The notes beneath the pieces were generated by a model that made no database searches, had not been told where the DNA came from, and was given only the letters and a program-made list of their open reading frames with translations. This document shows positions 9,682-16,914 of a stretch of 64,000 nucleotides of DNA, in pieces. The stretch is from Gemmatimonadota bacterium (GTDB taxonomy: Bacteria; Gemmatimonadota; Gemmatimonadetes; Longimicrobiales; Gaopeijiaceae): contig JBDHHQ010000017.1 in NCBI GenBank assembly GCA_039589315.1, forward strand, positions 1-64,000, read 5' to 3'. Every line of letters starts with the position of its first letter. Position 1 is the first letter of the stretch. Made by a program: the position numbers and the translations under genes.

Positions 9682-11499
9682 TCACGGGGCGACTTCGCCC
9701 TTTCCACGCTCTACCCCCCAGCTTCGGTCCAACTCGCCGAGCAACGTGGCGAAGCGTGGGTCCTCTCCGAGGCCAGCCAGCGGGTCGGAGCGGTGGTAAC
9801 GGAGGTAAAGGGTCTCGTCCCAGGCCAGAGGTGCCGCTGAACGGAGAGCCTCGAAGGCCGCGTCCGAGTCGCCCAGGGCAGCGTGCACGAGGCCGAGGTG
9901 GAATGGCGCTGAGGCTGCCTGTAGTCGGGCAAGAGGCTCACCCGCGCCGGCCTCGTCGCCATGGGCGATCCGATCGAGTGCCCGGGCCGTGTCCGGCCAC
10001 GCCTGCGCCCATCGCTCCGTCAGCCTCTGCAGTGTGGCGCTTGCCTCGTCCGCACGGTCCAGGGCGTAGAGGGCCAGCGCTTCGATCAGGCGGCCGTAGT
10101 CGAATCCGGCATGTCGCTCCATGGACCCCCGGGCTTCGGAGAGCGCCAACTCCGGTTTGCCCATCGCCAGGTACGCCGCCGCGAGGTTGGTCCTCGCCTC
10201 GGGGTCCAGTGGGTCCAGCTGAGTGCCCAGAATGCCTGCGTCCACCGCCGCTTCCGCATCGCCGACCAGCAGATCGACCCATGCGGTCCATTGGTGCGCC
10301 CCCGCGTAGCTCGGCCTCAACTCGAGAGCGCGCGCGTGTGCCCGCAGGGCGCCGGGCCCGTCACGGCGGTACGAGCGCAGGTTGCCGAGAGCCGAGTGAG
10401 CCTCCGCCAGATCAGGATCGAGCTCCAGGGCCTTGTTGCACGTGCTCTCGGCTCGAGGCAGCCAGTCATCGGCGTCGACGTGACCGTAGTCCATGAGTGC
10501 AACCAGGCTCAGCGCGAGCTCGGCCCACGCCGGCGCGTAGTCGGGATCCCGCTCAATGGCCCGTTCGAAGTACCCGATCGCCGCTTCGAGGCCCTCCAGG
10601 GTCCGATCCACATAAAGCTCACGGCCCATGGCGTAGAGGCGGTATGCCTCGAGATCGTCGGTGGGAAGAGCCGGGACCCTCGCCTCTTCCTCAGCCGTCA
10701 GCCGAGCCTCCAGGGCCGCCATGATCCTCGCTGCCAGCTCGCTCTGGAGGTCGAAGATGTTCTGCGTGGTGAGCTTTCGGTCGTACCGTTCGGCCCAGAG
10801 GTGGGCGTCGGTGCGCGCATCGATGAGCTGCACGTTCAGGCGCACCCGATCGCCCGCGTGTTGCACACCGCCCTCGACAATGGTTCCGGCTCCCAGCTCC
10901 CCGGCGATCTCCCGGATCGACTTCTCTGTGCTGCGGTAGCCCTTTACCGAAGTGCGCGAGATCACCGTCAAGGCCGAGGCCCGTGAAAGCTCCGTCAGCA
11001 GGTCGTCGTGCAGGCCGGCCGCGAACGGTTCTGCCTCGTCGGTGCCACTGAGGTTCTCGAACGGGAGTACCGCGACCACCCGTGGGTCCGGGTCGGCAGG
11101 TCGAATGGAAACCGAGTCCGGTTCATCAGCGTCGCCCGGTCCGGGCTCGCCAGTTGGCGCGCGGCTGGCACCGGGTTCGCCTACGGTCTCGCGTGCTGCG
11201 CCGGCAACCGGAAGCCGAGGTGCGTGATGATTTGCGGCATCCCGTCCGTCCGTCCTTCGGACTCCGTCCTCCGTGATGTCGAAGACCCAGGCGAGGACCA
11301 GGGCCAGAGGCAGTCCGAGGATGGCGAGGGCGAGGAACAGCTCGTCCGACCACTCCGGCAATCGGGACGAGGGCACGACCACGTCCACGAGCTCCAGACC
11401 GGCGATGGCCACGACCACGTATACCGCCGCGACCTGATAGACCTTCCGGCGCTTGAGCTCGGCCAGGAGGGATGTGAGGCGGCGGGGGGGATCGGTCAT
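9682..11499 (-). CDS. Membrane-anchored TolB-like (adenylate-cyclase-associated) domain and TPR protein
   Basis: LLAELKRRKVYQVAAVY N-terminal two-TM anchor, VAVLPFENLS..F.AGLHDDLL..L, VISRTSV, HLWAERYDR, TPR repeats. Confidence 0.85.
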   Translation of the reverse strand: MTDPPRRLTSLLAELKRRKVYQVAAVYVVVAIAGLELVDVVVPSSRLPEWSDELFLALAILGLPLALVLAWVFDITEDGVRRTDGRDAANHHAPRLPVAGAARETVGEPGASRAPTGEPGPGDADEPDSVSIRPADPDPRVVAVLPFENLSGTDEAEPFAAGLHDDLLTELSRASALTVISRTSVKGYRSTEKSIREIAGELGAGTIVEGGVQHAGDRVRLNVQLIDARTDAHLWAERYDRKLTTQNIFDLQSELAARIMAALEARLTAEEEARVPALPTDDLEAYRLYAMGRELYVDRTLEGLEAAIGYFERAIERDPDYAPAWAELALSLVALMDYGHVDADDWLPRAESTCNKALELDPDLAEAHSALGNLRSYRRDGPGALRAHARALELRPSYAGAHQWTAWVDLLVGDAEAAVDAGILGTQLDPLDPEARTNLAAAYLAMGKPELALSEARGSMERHAGFDYGRLIEALALYALDRADEASATLQRLTERWAQAWPDTARALDRIAHGDEAGAGEPLARLQAASAPFHLGLVHAALGDSDAAFEALRSAAPLAWDETLYLRYHRSDPLAGLGEDPRFATLLGELDRSWGVERGKGEVAP

Positions 11500-11515
11500 C
11501 GTCTCGGGGCGGGCG

Positions 11516-12913
11516 TCAGCCCCTCGGCTCGATGTTGTGGTTCTTCCGGAACAGGTTCCCAGGGTCCCACGTCTTCTTGAGCTTTACGAGCCGATCATGG
11601 TTGGCGCCGTACGCCGCCGGAATCCGCTCGCGCTCGTCCTCTCCGAGGAGATTCACGTAGACGGATCCGTTGGCGTGGGGCGTCATCGCGTCGTGAAGCC
11701 TCCGGGTCCAGGCCATGATGGCCTCATCCTCGGCAGCATCCACCCAGCCCGGAAGCACGTGAAGTCCATGGGCAGCGCTCCGATGCGGAAACGCCGTGGC
11801 CGACGGGTCGACCCGGCCGACGGCACCTCCGCCCGCACCGAAGTACACCACGGTGAAGGCCCCGGGGAACGGGTCGAGGTGGTCGATCAGCGTGTCGATC
11901 GCCTCGTCCGTCACCTCATCGAAGTAGTGGGCCCGCGAATACCACCGGTTTCCTTTGCCGAGGCCCGCGTCGAAAGACTGTTGCAGCGTCAGATAGGGCT
12001 GCGCCACTACCACGTCCAGGATCGGATCACCCAGGTCCCGGAACGGGGCGAGGGCCGCCTCACCGTCGGCCACCGTGCCGGCATAGGCCAACACGAAATC
12101 GAGCGCCAACTGGCCGTGCCACGCCTCGAGGAACGGCGGGACCGGTGGGATTCGTAGGAGAAACGGGAAGCACTGAAGCTCGTCCGGCGCATCCACGAAG
12201 TGGTCTCGGTAGAAGCGGAGCAGCTCGGGCGCTCGGTCCGCCGGGTAGATCACCTGCCCGGCGACGACCTCCGGACCCACCGGGTGCAGGGAGTACTCGA
12301 AGGACGTGACGATCCCGAAGTTTCCGCCGCCCCCCCGGAGTCCCCAGAACAGGTCGGGATTCTCGTGGGCGTCCGCGCGGACCAGCTCACCTTGCGCGGT
12401 GACCACCTCTGCGCCGATCAAGTTGTCGGACGCAGTGCCGTACTTCCGGGACAGCCAGCCTTCTCCTCCACCGAGTGTGAATCCGGCGACGCCCACCGTC
12501 GACACGGTTCCTCCGGTGGTTGCCAAGCCGTGGGCCTGGGCTTCTCGGTCGAAGTCGCCCCAGGTAGCTCCGGCGCCGACCCTAGCCTGCTTCGACATGG
12601 GATCAATCTCCACCGACTTCACGCCCGACAGATCGATGAGCAGGCCGCCTTGCGCGGCCGAGTTGCCGGCGTAGTCGTGCCCACCGCTCTTCACGGTCAG
12701 CGGTACGTGCCGGTCCCTGGCGACTCTCACTGCCGCCTGGACATCGCCGGCCGAGGCGCACTGCACGATGATCTCCGGACGGGAATCGAAGCGTGCGTTC
12801 CAGATGGTGCGGGCCTCATCGTACCCCTCTTCATCGGAGGCAAGGACCTGTCCGCTGATGCGGTGCTTCAATTCATCGCCCATGAGGTGGCCGGCGCGCT
12901 CCGTCGAATCCAC
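11516..12913 (-). CDS. FAD-binding oxidoreductase, berberine-bridge-enzyme like
   Basis: KSGGHDY (flavinylated His), TVGVAGFTLGGG, DLFWGLRGGGGNFGIVT, YVN..., WDPGNLFRKNHNI; GTG start after GGGAGGA. Confidence 0.9.
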   Translation of the reverse strand: MDSTERAGHLMGDELKHRISGQVLASDEEGYDEARTIWNARFDSRPEIIVQCASAGDVQAAVRVARDRHVPLTVKSGGHDYAGNSAAQGGLLIDLSGVKSVEIDPMSKQARVGAGATWGDFDREAQAHGLATTGGTVSTVGVAGFTLGGGEGWLSRKYGTASDNLIGAEVVTAQGELVRADAHENPDLFWGLRGGGGNFGIVTSFEYSLHPVGPEVVAGQVIYPADRAPELLRFYRDHFVDAPDELQCFPFLLRIPPVPPFLEAWHGQLALDFVLAYAGTVADGEAALAPFRDLGDPILDVVVAQPYLTLQQSFDAGLGKGNRWYSRAHYFDEVTDEAIDTLIDHLDPFPGAFTVVYFGAGGGAVGRVDPSATAFPHRSAAHGLHVLPGWVDAAEDEAIMAWTRRLHDAMTPHANGSVYVNLLGEDERERIPAAYGANHDRLVKLKKTWDPGNLFRKNHNIEPRG

Positions 12914-13018
12914 GGGTCCTCCCTTCGGTGCGGGCATCGCAGGATGTGGCCCGAACATAAGCCGCGGGAACTCCAGGCCCAACGGACGGAGGATCGCCCG
13001 CGACGGATCCTCGCCGGG

Positions 13019-13517
13019 TCAAGCGACCTCTCCTCCCAGGTCGGCGACGAGGTCTCCGAGGTAGCTTCGCAGCGTAACGTCGTGTCCCAGTATGAACCGG
13101 GCCACGAAACGGAAGAGGGGGCTGTAGATCTCTCCGTCCTCCGTAACGGTCAAACGCGTCGCCGCTCCCTCAACCGCCAGCTCATAGGTCCACACGCCGC
13201 CGAACGGGAGGTCTTCGCCCGCGATCCGGACGAGCAGTCTCTTTGGCGGTATAGCCTCGACCACCTCCAGGGGGAGCTGGCAATTGGATCCGTGCTCGAT
13301 CCACGCTTCGTGGCCTGGTCGCTCGATCCGGTCGACGTCGGAACCTCCAACGGGGAAAGTCGTCAACGTCGGTGAGGGCCCGCCAGACCCTCTCCTGCGG
13401 GGCATCGAGCCGTGCCGTCACCGAGGCTCGGTGGGAGACGGGGAGCAGGCTTCCCACTCCGAGCACGAGGAGCACGAGTACTAGCATGGCCGCGGCCATC
13501 CGGAGTATCCACTTCAA
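13019..13517 (-). pseudogene. SRPBCC (polyketide cyclase-like) protein with N-terminal TM, split by a one-base insertion
   Basis: The N-half (MKWILR...DAPQERVWRALTDVDDFPRWR) and C-half (SDVDRIE...PFGGVWTYEL...RLTVTEDGE) join if one T is removed at 13342-13343 (TGG AGG T TCC GAC). Confidence 0.8.
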
Positions 13518-14014
13518 GATCCTCCTCCTGCGTCAGCACGTGTTCGGTTCTGGCTGAAGGAGCTCCCGGCCGCCTCCCGGATCATGTCGTCCGCAGCCCG
13601 GCCCAGGAGGGTCAGTCCGTCCAGCGCCCTACTTCGATCCCCGGGTGGCAGCCTCTCGAGCAGGTCCTTCACGAGCTCGGGGTCGAGGACGGACTGGGCG
13701 TCCCGGACCCGCCGGCCGGCCTCCGTCAGCCGGAGCTCCACGACGCGACCGTCGGCGGCGGAACGCCGCCGGTCCACATAGCCCTGCCTTCCCAACCGCC
13801 CGACGGAGATCGACATCGTGGAGACGGTCACACCCATGTGCTCGGCGAGCTCCGAGACGGACGTGGGCTCGACGTCGTCGAGATGGCTGAGGATGCCGGC
13901 CTGGTGAGCGCTCATCCGCGTGCCCGTCGCCGGGTCGCGCACGTGGCGGGTGTGACACGCGAAATAGATCCTGGGATATGTCGCGATAAGCCGATCGACA
14001 GCCGATCCGTTCAT
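13514..14014 (-). CDS. MarR family transcriptional regulator
   Basis: SVSELAEHMGVTVSTMSISVGRL..QGYV.R..DGRVVELRLTEAG. Confidence 0.9.
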   Translation of the reverse strand: MNGSAVDRLIATYPRIYFACHTRHVRDPATGTRMSAHQAGILSHLDDVEPTSVSELAEHMGVTVSTMSISVGRLGRQGYVDRRRSAADGRVVELRLTEAGRRVRDAQSVLDPELVKDLLERLPPGDRSRALDGLTLLGRAADDMIREAAGSSFSQNRTRADAGGGS

Positions 14015-14036
14015 GAAGAGAGAGTGGTCCCAATTA

Positions 14037-14055
14037 TTTGATTTGTCAAATCAAA
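14037..14055. promoter_or_regulatory. Perfect 9-1-9 inverted repeat, probable MarR operator overlapping a minus-strand TTGACA
   Basis: TTTGATTTG-T-CAAATCAAA, 22 nt upstream of the MarR ATG at 14014. Confidence 0.7.
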
Positions 14056-14102
14056 GTGCTTTCGGGACCGGTGCGGGAACCTCCGAGGTAGCTCCTGGGT
14101 TA

Positions 14103-14120
14103 TAGTTGTAACTACAACTA
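14103..14120. promoter_or_regulatory. Perfect 8-2-8 inverted repeat, probable MarR operator for the SDR-MarR operon
   Basis: TAGTTGTA-AC-TACAACTA overlapping a -10-like TATAGT, just upstream of GGAGGA-ATG at 14139. Confidence 0.72.
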
Positions 14121-14138
14121 CCATCCCCGGGAGGACAC

Positions 14139-15005
14139 ATGTCACGCACGAATCTGGAGGGGAAGACGGTCCTGATCACCGGAGGATCGAGCGGCATCGG
14201 GAAGGCGGCGGGCATCTCGTTCGCGAAAGCCGGGGCGATCCCGATTCTCGCGGCTCGGTCCAGGCCCAAGCTGGAGACAGCACTGGAGGAGGTCTCCCGG
14301 ATCCAGCCCGAGGCCGGCTACGTCGAGGTCGACGTCTCCGATCGGACCCGAGTCGGGGAGATGGCGGGTGAGGTCCTGGAGCGCTTCGGCAGGATCGACG
14401 TCCTGTTCAACAACGCCGGGCACGCCACCGTCGGACCGGTCGAAGGCTCCGGCTTCCAGGACGACACGCGCGCGATGTTCGACGTCGACTTCATGGGCAC
14501 CGTGAACGTCACCAAGGTGGTGCTTCCGTCGATGCGCTCGAGGGGCCAGGGCCATATCCTGAACATGTCCTCGGTTGTCGGGCGGAAGGCCTTTTCTCAC
14601 TTCGGTGGGTACTCTGCCGTGATGCACGCACTTTCCGGTTTCACGGATGCGCTGAGGCAGGAGCTCCACGGGAGCGGGATCGCCGTATCGATTATTTACC
14701 CTGCGCTGACCCAGACGCCCCTACTGGCGGACGTGGCGCCCGAGGACATGCCGCCGACGTTCCGTAGTCTGAGCCCGCTGTCGGTCGACGAGGTGGCTCG
14801 GGCGGCGGTCGAAGGCGTCCGGCGCGGCAGTCGCCGCGTCGTCGTGCCCGCGCAGCCCCGATTGCTGATGCTCCTGGACGCGCTGTCTCCCGTCCTCGGA
14901 GACGGGATGGTGCGGCTGATCGAGCGCCCCCTCGTGGGCCGGCTCATCGGGTCGTTCCGGGGCACGACGTACGCACACGACGCATCGATTCCGGCAGGCT
15001 CATGA
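14139..15005 (+). CDS. Short-chain dehydrogenase/reductase (SDR)
   Basis: TGGSSGIG, NNAG, NMSS; YSAVM replaces the canonical YxxxK. Confidence 0.9.
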   Translation: MSRTNLEGKTVLITGGSSGIGKAAGISFAKAGAIPILAARSRPKLETALEEVSRIQPEAGYVEVDVSDRTRVGEMAGEVLERFGRIDVLFNNAGHATVGPVEGSGFQDDTRAMFDVDFMGTVNVTKVVLPSMRSRGQGHILNMSSVVGRKAFSHFGGYSAVMHALSGFTDALRQELHGSGIAVSIIYPALTQTPLLADVAPEDMPPTFRSLSPLSVDEVARAAVEGVRRGSRRVVVPAQPRLLMLLDALSPVLGDGMVRLIERPLVGRLIGSFRGTTYAHDASIPAGS

Positions 15006-15487
15006 CCGCAAAGCCGCAACCAGGAGACGTGAGCGGCAGCGGTGGCCCGGTCGAGGCTCGGGCCGCCGCTGCCGCCATTGCCCAAGAATGTCTGGCCACG
15101 CGGGCCCGGCGCCTCGACCGGACCCTAACCCGGCTCTACAACGACGCGCTACGGCCATACGGGGTGACCTCGACGCAGCTAGCCCTATTGGTGGGTCTCT
15201 CGCTACAGGAGCCGGTCCGGCCTGGCGTGCTCGGCCGCGGCGTGGGGCTGGAGAAGTCGACGGTCAGCCGCAACGTCGGGCGCATGATCGACTCGGGTTG
15301 GGTCACCGAAATAGACGGCCAGGACGGTCGGAGCAAGCTCCTGCGGCTCACCGATGCCGGGTCCACGCTCGTGAGCCGGGCGTACAAAGGCTGGCGCTCG
15401 GCTCAGGAGCGGGCGAAGACGGTGTTGTCACAGGGGACGGCGGAGAGCTTGGCCCGGTTGGACGCGGGGCTGGGGGCGGATTCCTAG
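15002..15487 (+). CDS. MarR family transcriptional regulator
   Basis: CLATRARRLDR..TRLYNDALRP.G.T.TQ, LEKSTVSRN, DGRSKLLRLTDAG; ATGA overlap with the SDR. Confidence 0.9.
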   Translation: MTAKPQPGDVSGSGGPVEARAAAAAIAQECLATRARRLDRTLTRLYNDALRPYGVTSTQLALLVGLSLQEPVRPGVLGRGVGLEKSTVSRNVGRMIDSGWVTEIDGQDGRSKLLRLTDAGSTLVSRAYKGWRSAQERAKTVLSQGTAESLARLDAGLGADS

Positions 15488-15488
15488 T

Positions 15489-15680
15489 GGCACGTCGGCG
15501 CCACAGCACCCTTGCAACCGGCCCCGTTCCTGCGGAGGTTGGACGTGGCGGCGATCCACGCCCAACCTCTTCGGCCCCACCTCAGCTGGGGCCCCCGTGA
15601 GGCAAAGGGGGGCACACTCCCGGATCGGTATCGACGGGGCCTTTGTGGCGCCATGACGCGCCGCCGCTGAGGGGTGGCGG
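15489..15680 (+). ncRNA. Candidate structured non-coding or leader RNA, no known family assigned
   Basis: Nested complementary segments 15497-15505/15644-15652, 15520-15527/15634-15641, 15535-15548/15556-15569, 15573-15579/15587-15593 and 15661-15667/15674-15680, plus loop-loop complementarity CCTCAGC/GCTGAGG. Confidence 0.5.
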
Positions 15681-15707
15681 GCGTGGCGTGCACACAGGAG
15701 ACCCGAG

Positions 15708-16409
15708 ATGCCGAAGGACAAGGACCTCAAGCGCCTCGTTCGCAGGCGTATGGCAAAGACGGGCGAGTCCTACACCGCCGCCCGCGGCAACATCATGAAA
15801 GAGGAAACACGCTCCGGGGACGATTCCTCCCTTCCCGAGGTGCCCTTCCTTCCCGACGACCATGAGACGCTCGCGGGCATGAGCGATGCTGCAGTCCGGA
15901 ACGCGACCGGCAAGGACTGGCTGGAGTGGACCCGCACGTTGGACGCGGCGGACGCTGTGACAATGACCCACCGAGACATCGCCGCCCACCTCCACGACGA
16001 CTTGGACGTACCAGCGTGGTGGGCCCAGATGGTGACGGTGGGCTACGAGCGCCTCCGCGGACTGCGCGAGCCGGGTCAGCGTCGCGGGGGCGGGTACGAC
16101 GTCAACAAGAGCAAGACGATGCCCGTGCCGGTAGCCGACCTTTATCGAGCCTTCGACGACGAGGCGCTTCGCGACCGGTGGCTCCCGGACGTGGCCCTCA
16201 CGATCCGCTCGTCGACGGTGAACAAGTCCATGCGGATCCGCATGCCCGACGACACGCCGTTGGACGTCTACTTCACCGCCAAGGGTGAGGCCAAGAGCAC
16301 AGTCTCCCTGCAGCACCGGAGGTTGCCCGACAAGCGGGCCGCCGATGAGGGGAAGGTCTACTGGGGGGGGCGGTTGGCGGCGCTGGCGGAGCTGCTCACG
16401 ACGGAGTAG
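15708..16409 (+). CDS. Hypothetical protein: basic N-terminal KRLVRRRMAKTGESYTAAR segment, DUF4287-like helical domain, SRPBCC-like C-terminus
   Basis: AGGAG RBS; SDAAVRNATGKDW.EW, WWAQMVTVGYER.RGLR.PGQ, SKT..VPV..LY.AF.D...R.RWL. Confidence 0.75.
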   Translation: MPKDKDLKRLVRRRMAKTGESYTAARGNIMKEETRSGDDSSLPEVPFLPDDHETLAGMSDAAVRNATGKDWLEWTRTLDAADAVTMTHRDIAAHLHDDLDVPAWWAQMVTVGYERLRGLREPGQRRGGGYDVNKSKTMPVPVADLYRAFDDEALRDRWLPDVALTIRSSTVNKSMRIRMPDDTPLDVYFTAKGEAKSTVSLQHRRLPDKRAADEGKVYWGGRLAALAELLTTE

Positions 16410-16534
16410 CGCCCAACGAAGTCGCTCGCCCGGAGGGGTCGCAGGGCCTCTCCGGGCGATCCGCACCACCGCCGAGGGCAGAGGGCAATCCACCGCACCA
16501 GAACCGGAGCGGGCTTGCCAACGTGCGAGAAGGG

Positions 16535-16561
16535 TGACATTGTCATCAAATAACATTGTCA
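16535..16561. promoter_or_regulatory. Tandem TGACATTGTCA / TAACATTGTCA boxes, probable PadR operator
   Basis: Palindromic 11-mer and a near copy 16 nt apart, 20 nt upstream of the padR ATG. Confidence 0.55.
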
Positions 16562-16581
16562 CCAATTGAGAGGAAGGGTGG

Positions 16582-16914
16582 ATGGCGGAAGCGAAGCTAG
16601 GTGAGCTGGAGCTGCTCGTTCTCCTTGCGATCATGCGACTGCCCGACGGCGAGGCGTACCCCGTGTCCGTCGTGAACGAGATCGCTGAGCACACGGGTCG
16701 CCGAGTCCGACGCGCGACCGTCTACGTGCTGCTTCAGCGCCTGGAGGCCAAAGGGCTGGTGTCGACACGCCTGGGCGATCCACTCCCGGAGCGCGGCGGT
16801 CGTTCGCGACGCCTGGTGCGGCTCGAGCGGGCGGGGCTCGAAGCCGTGCGCGATGTGCGGACCGGTCTCTTGAGCATGTGGGACGGCTTGGAAGCGCGCT
16901 TCGGCGATGCGTGA
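16582..16914 (+). CDS. PadR family transcriptional regulator
   Basis: LGELELLVLLAI, VYVLLQRLEAKGLV, PERGGRSRR; coupled to an ADOP permease. Confidence 0.9.
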   Translation: MAEAKLGELELLVLLAIMRLPDGEAYPVSVVNEIAEHTGRRVRRATVYVLLQRLEAKGLVSTRLGDPLPERGGRSRRLVRLERAGLEAVRDVRTGLLSMWDGLEARFGDA

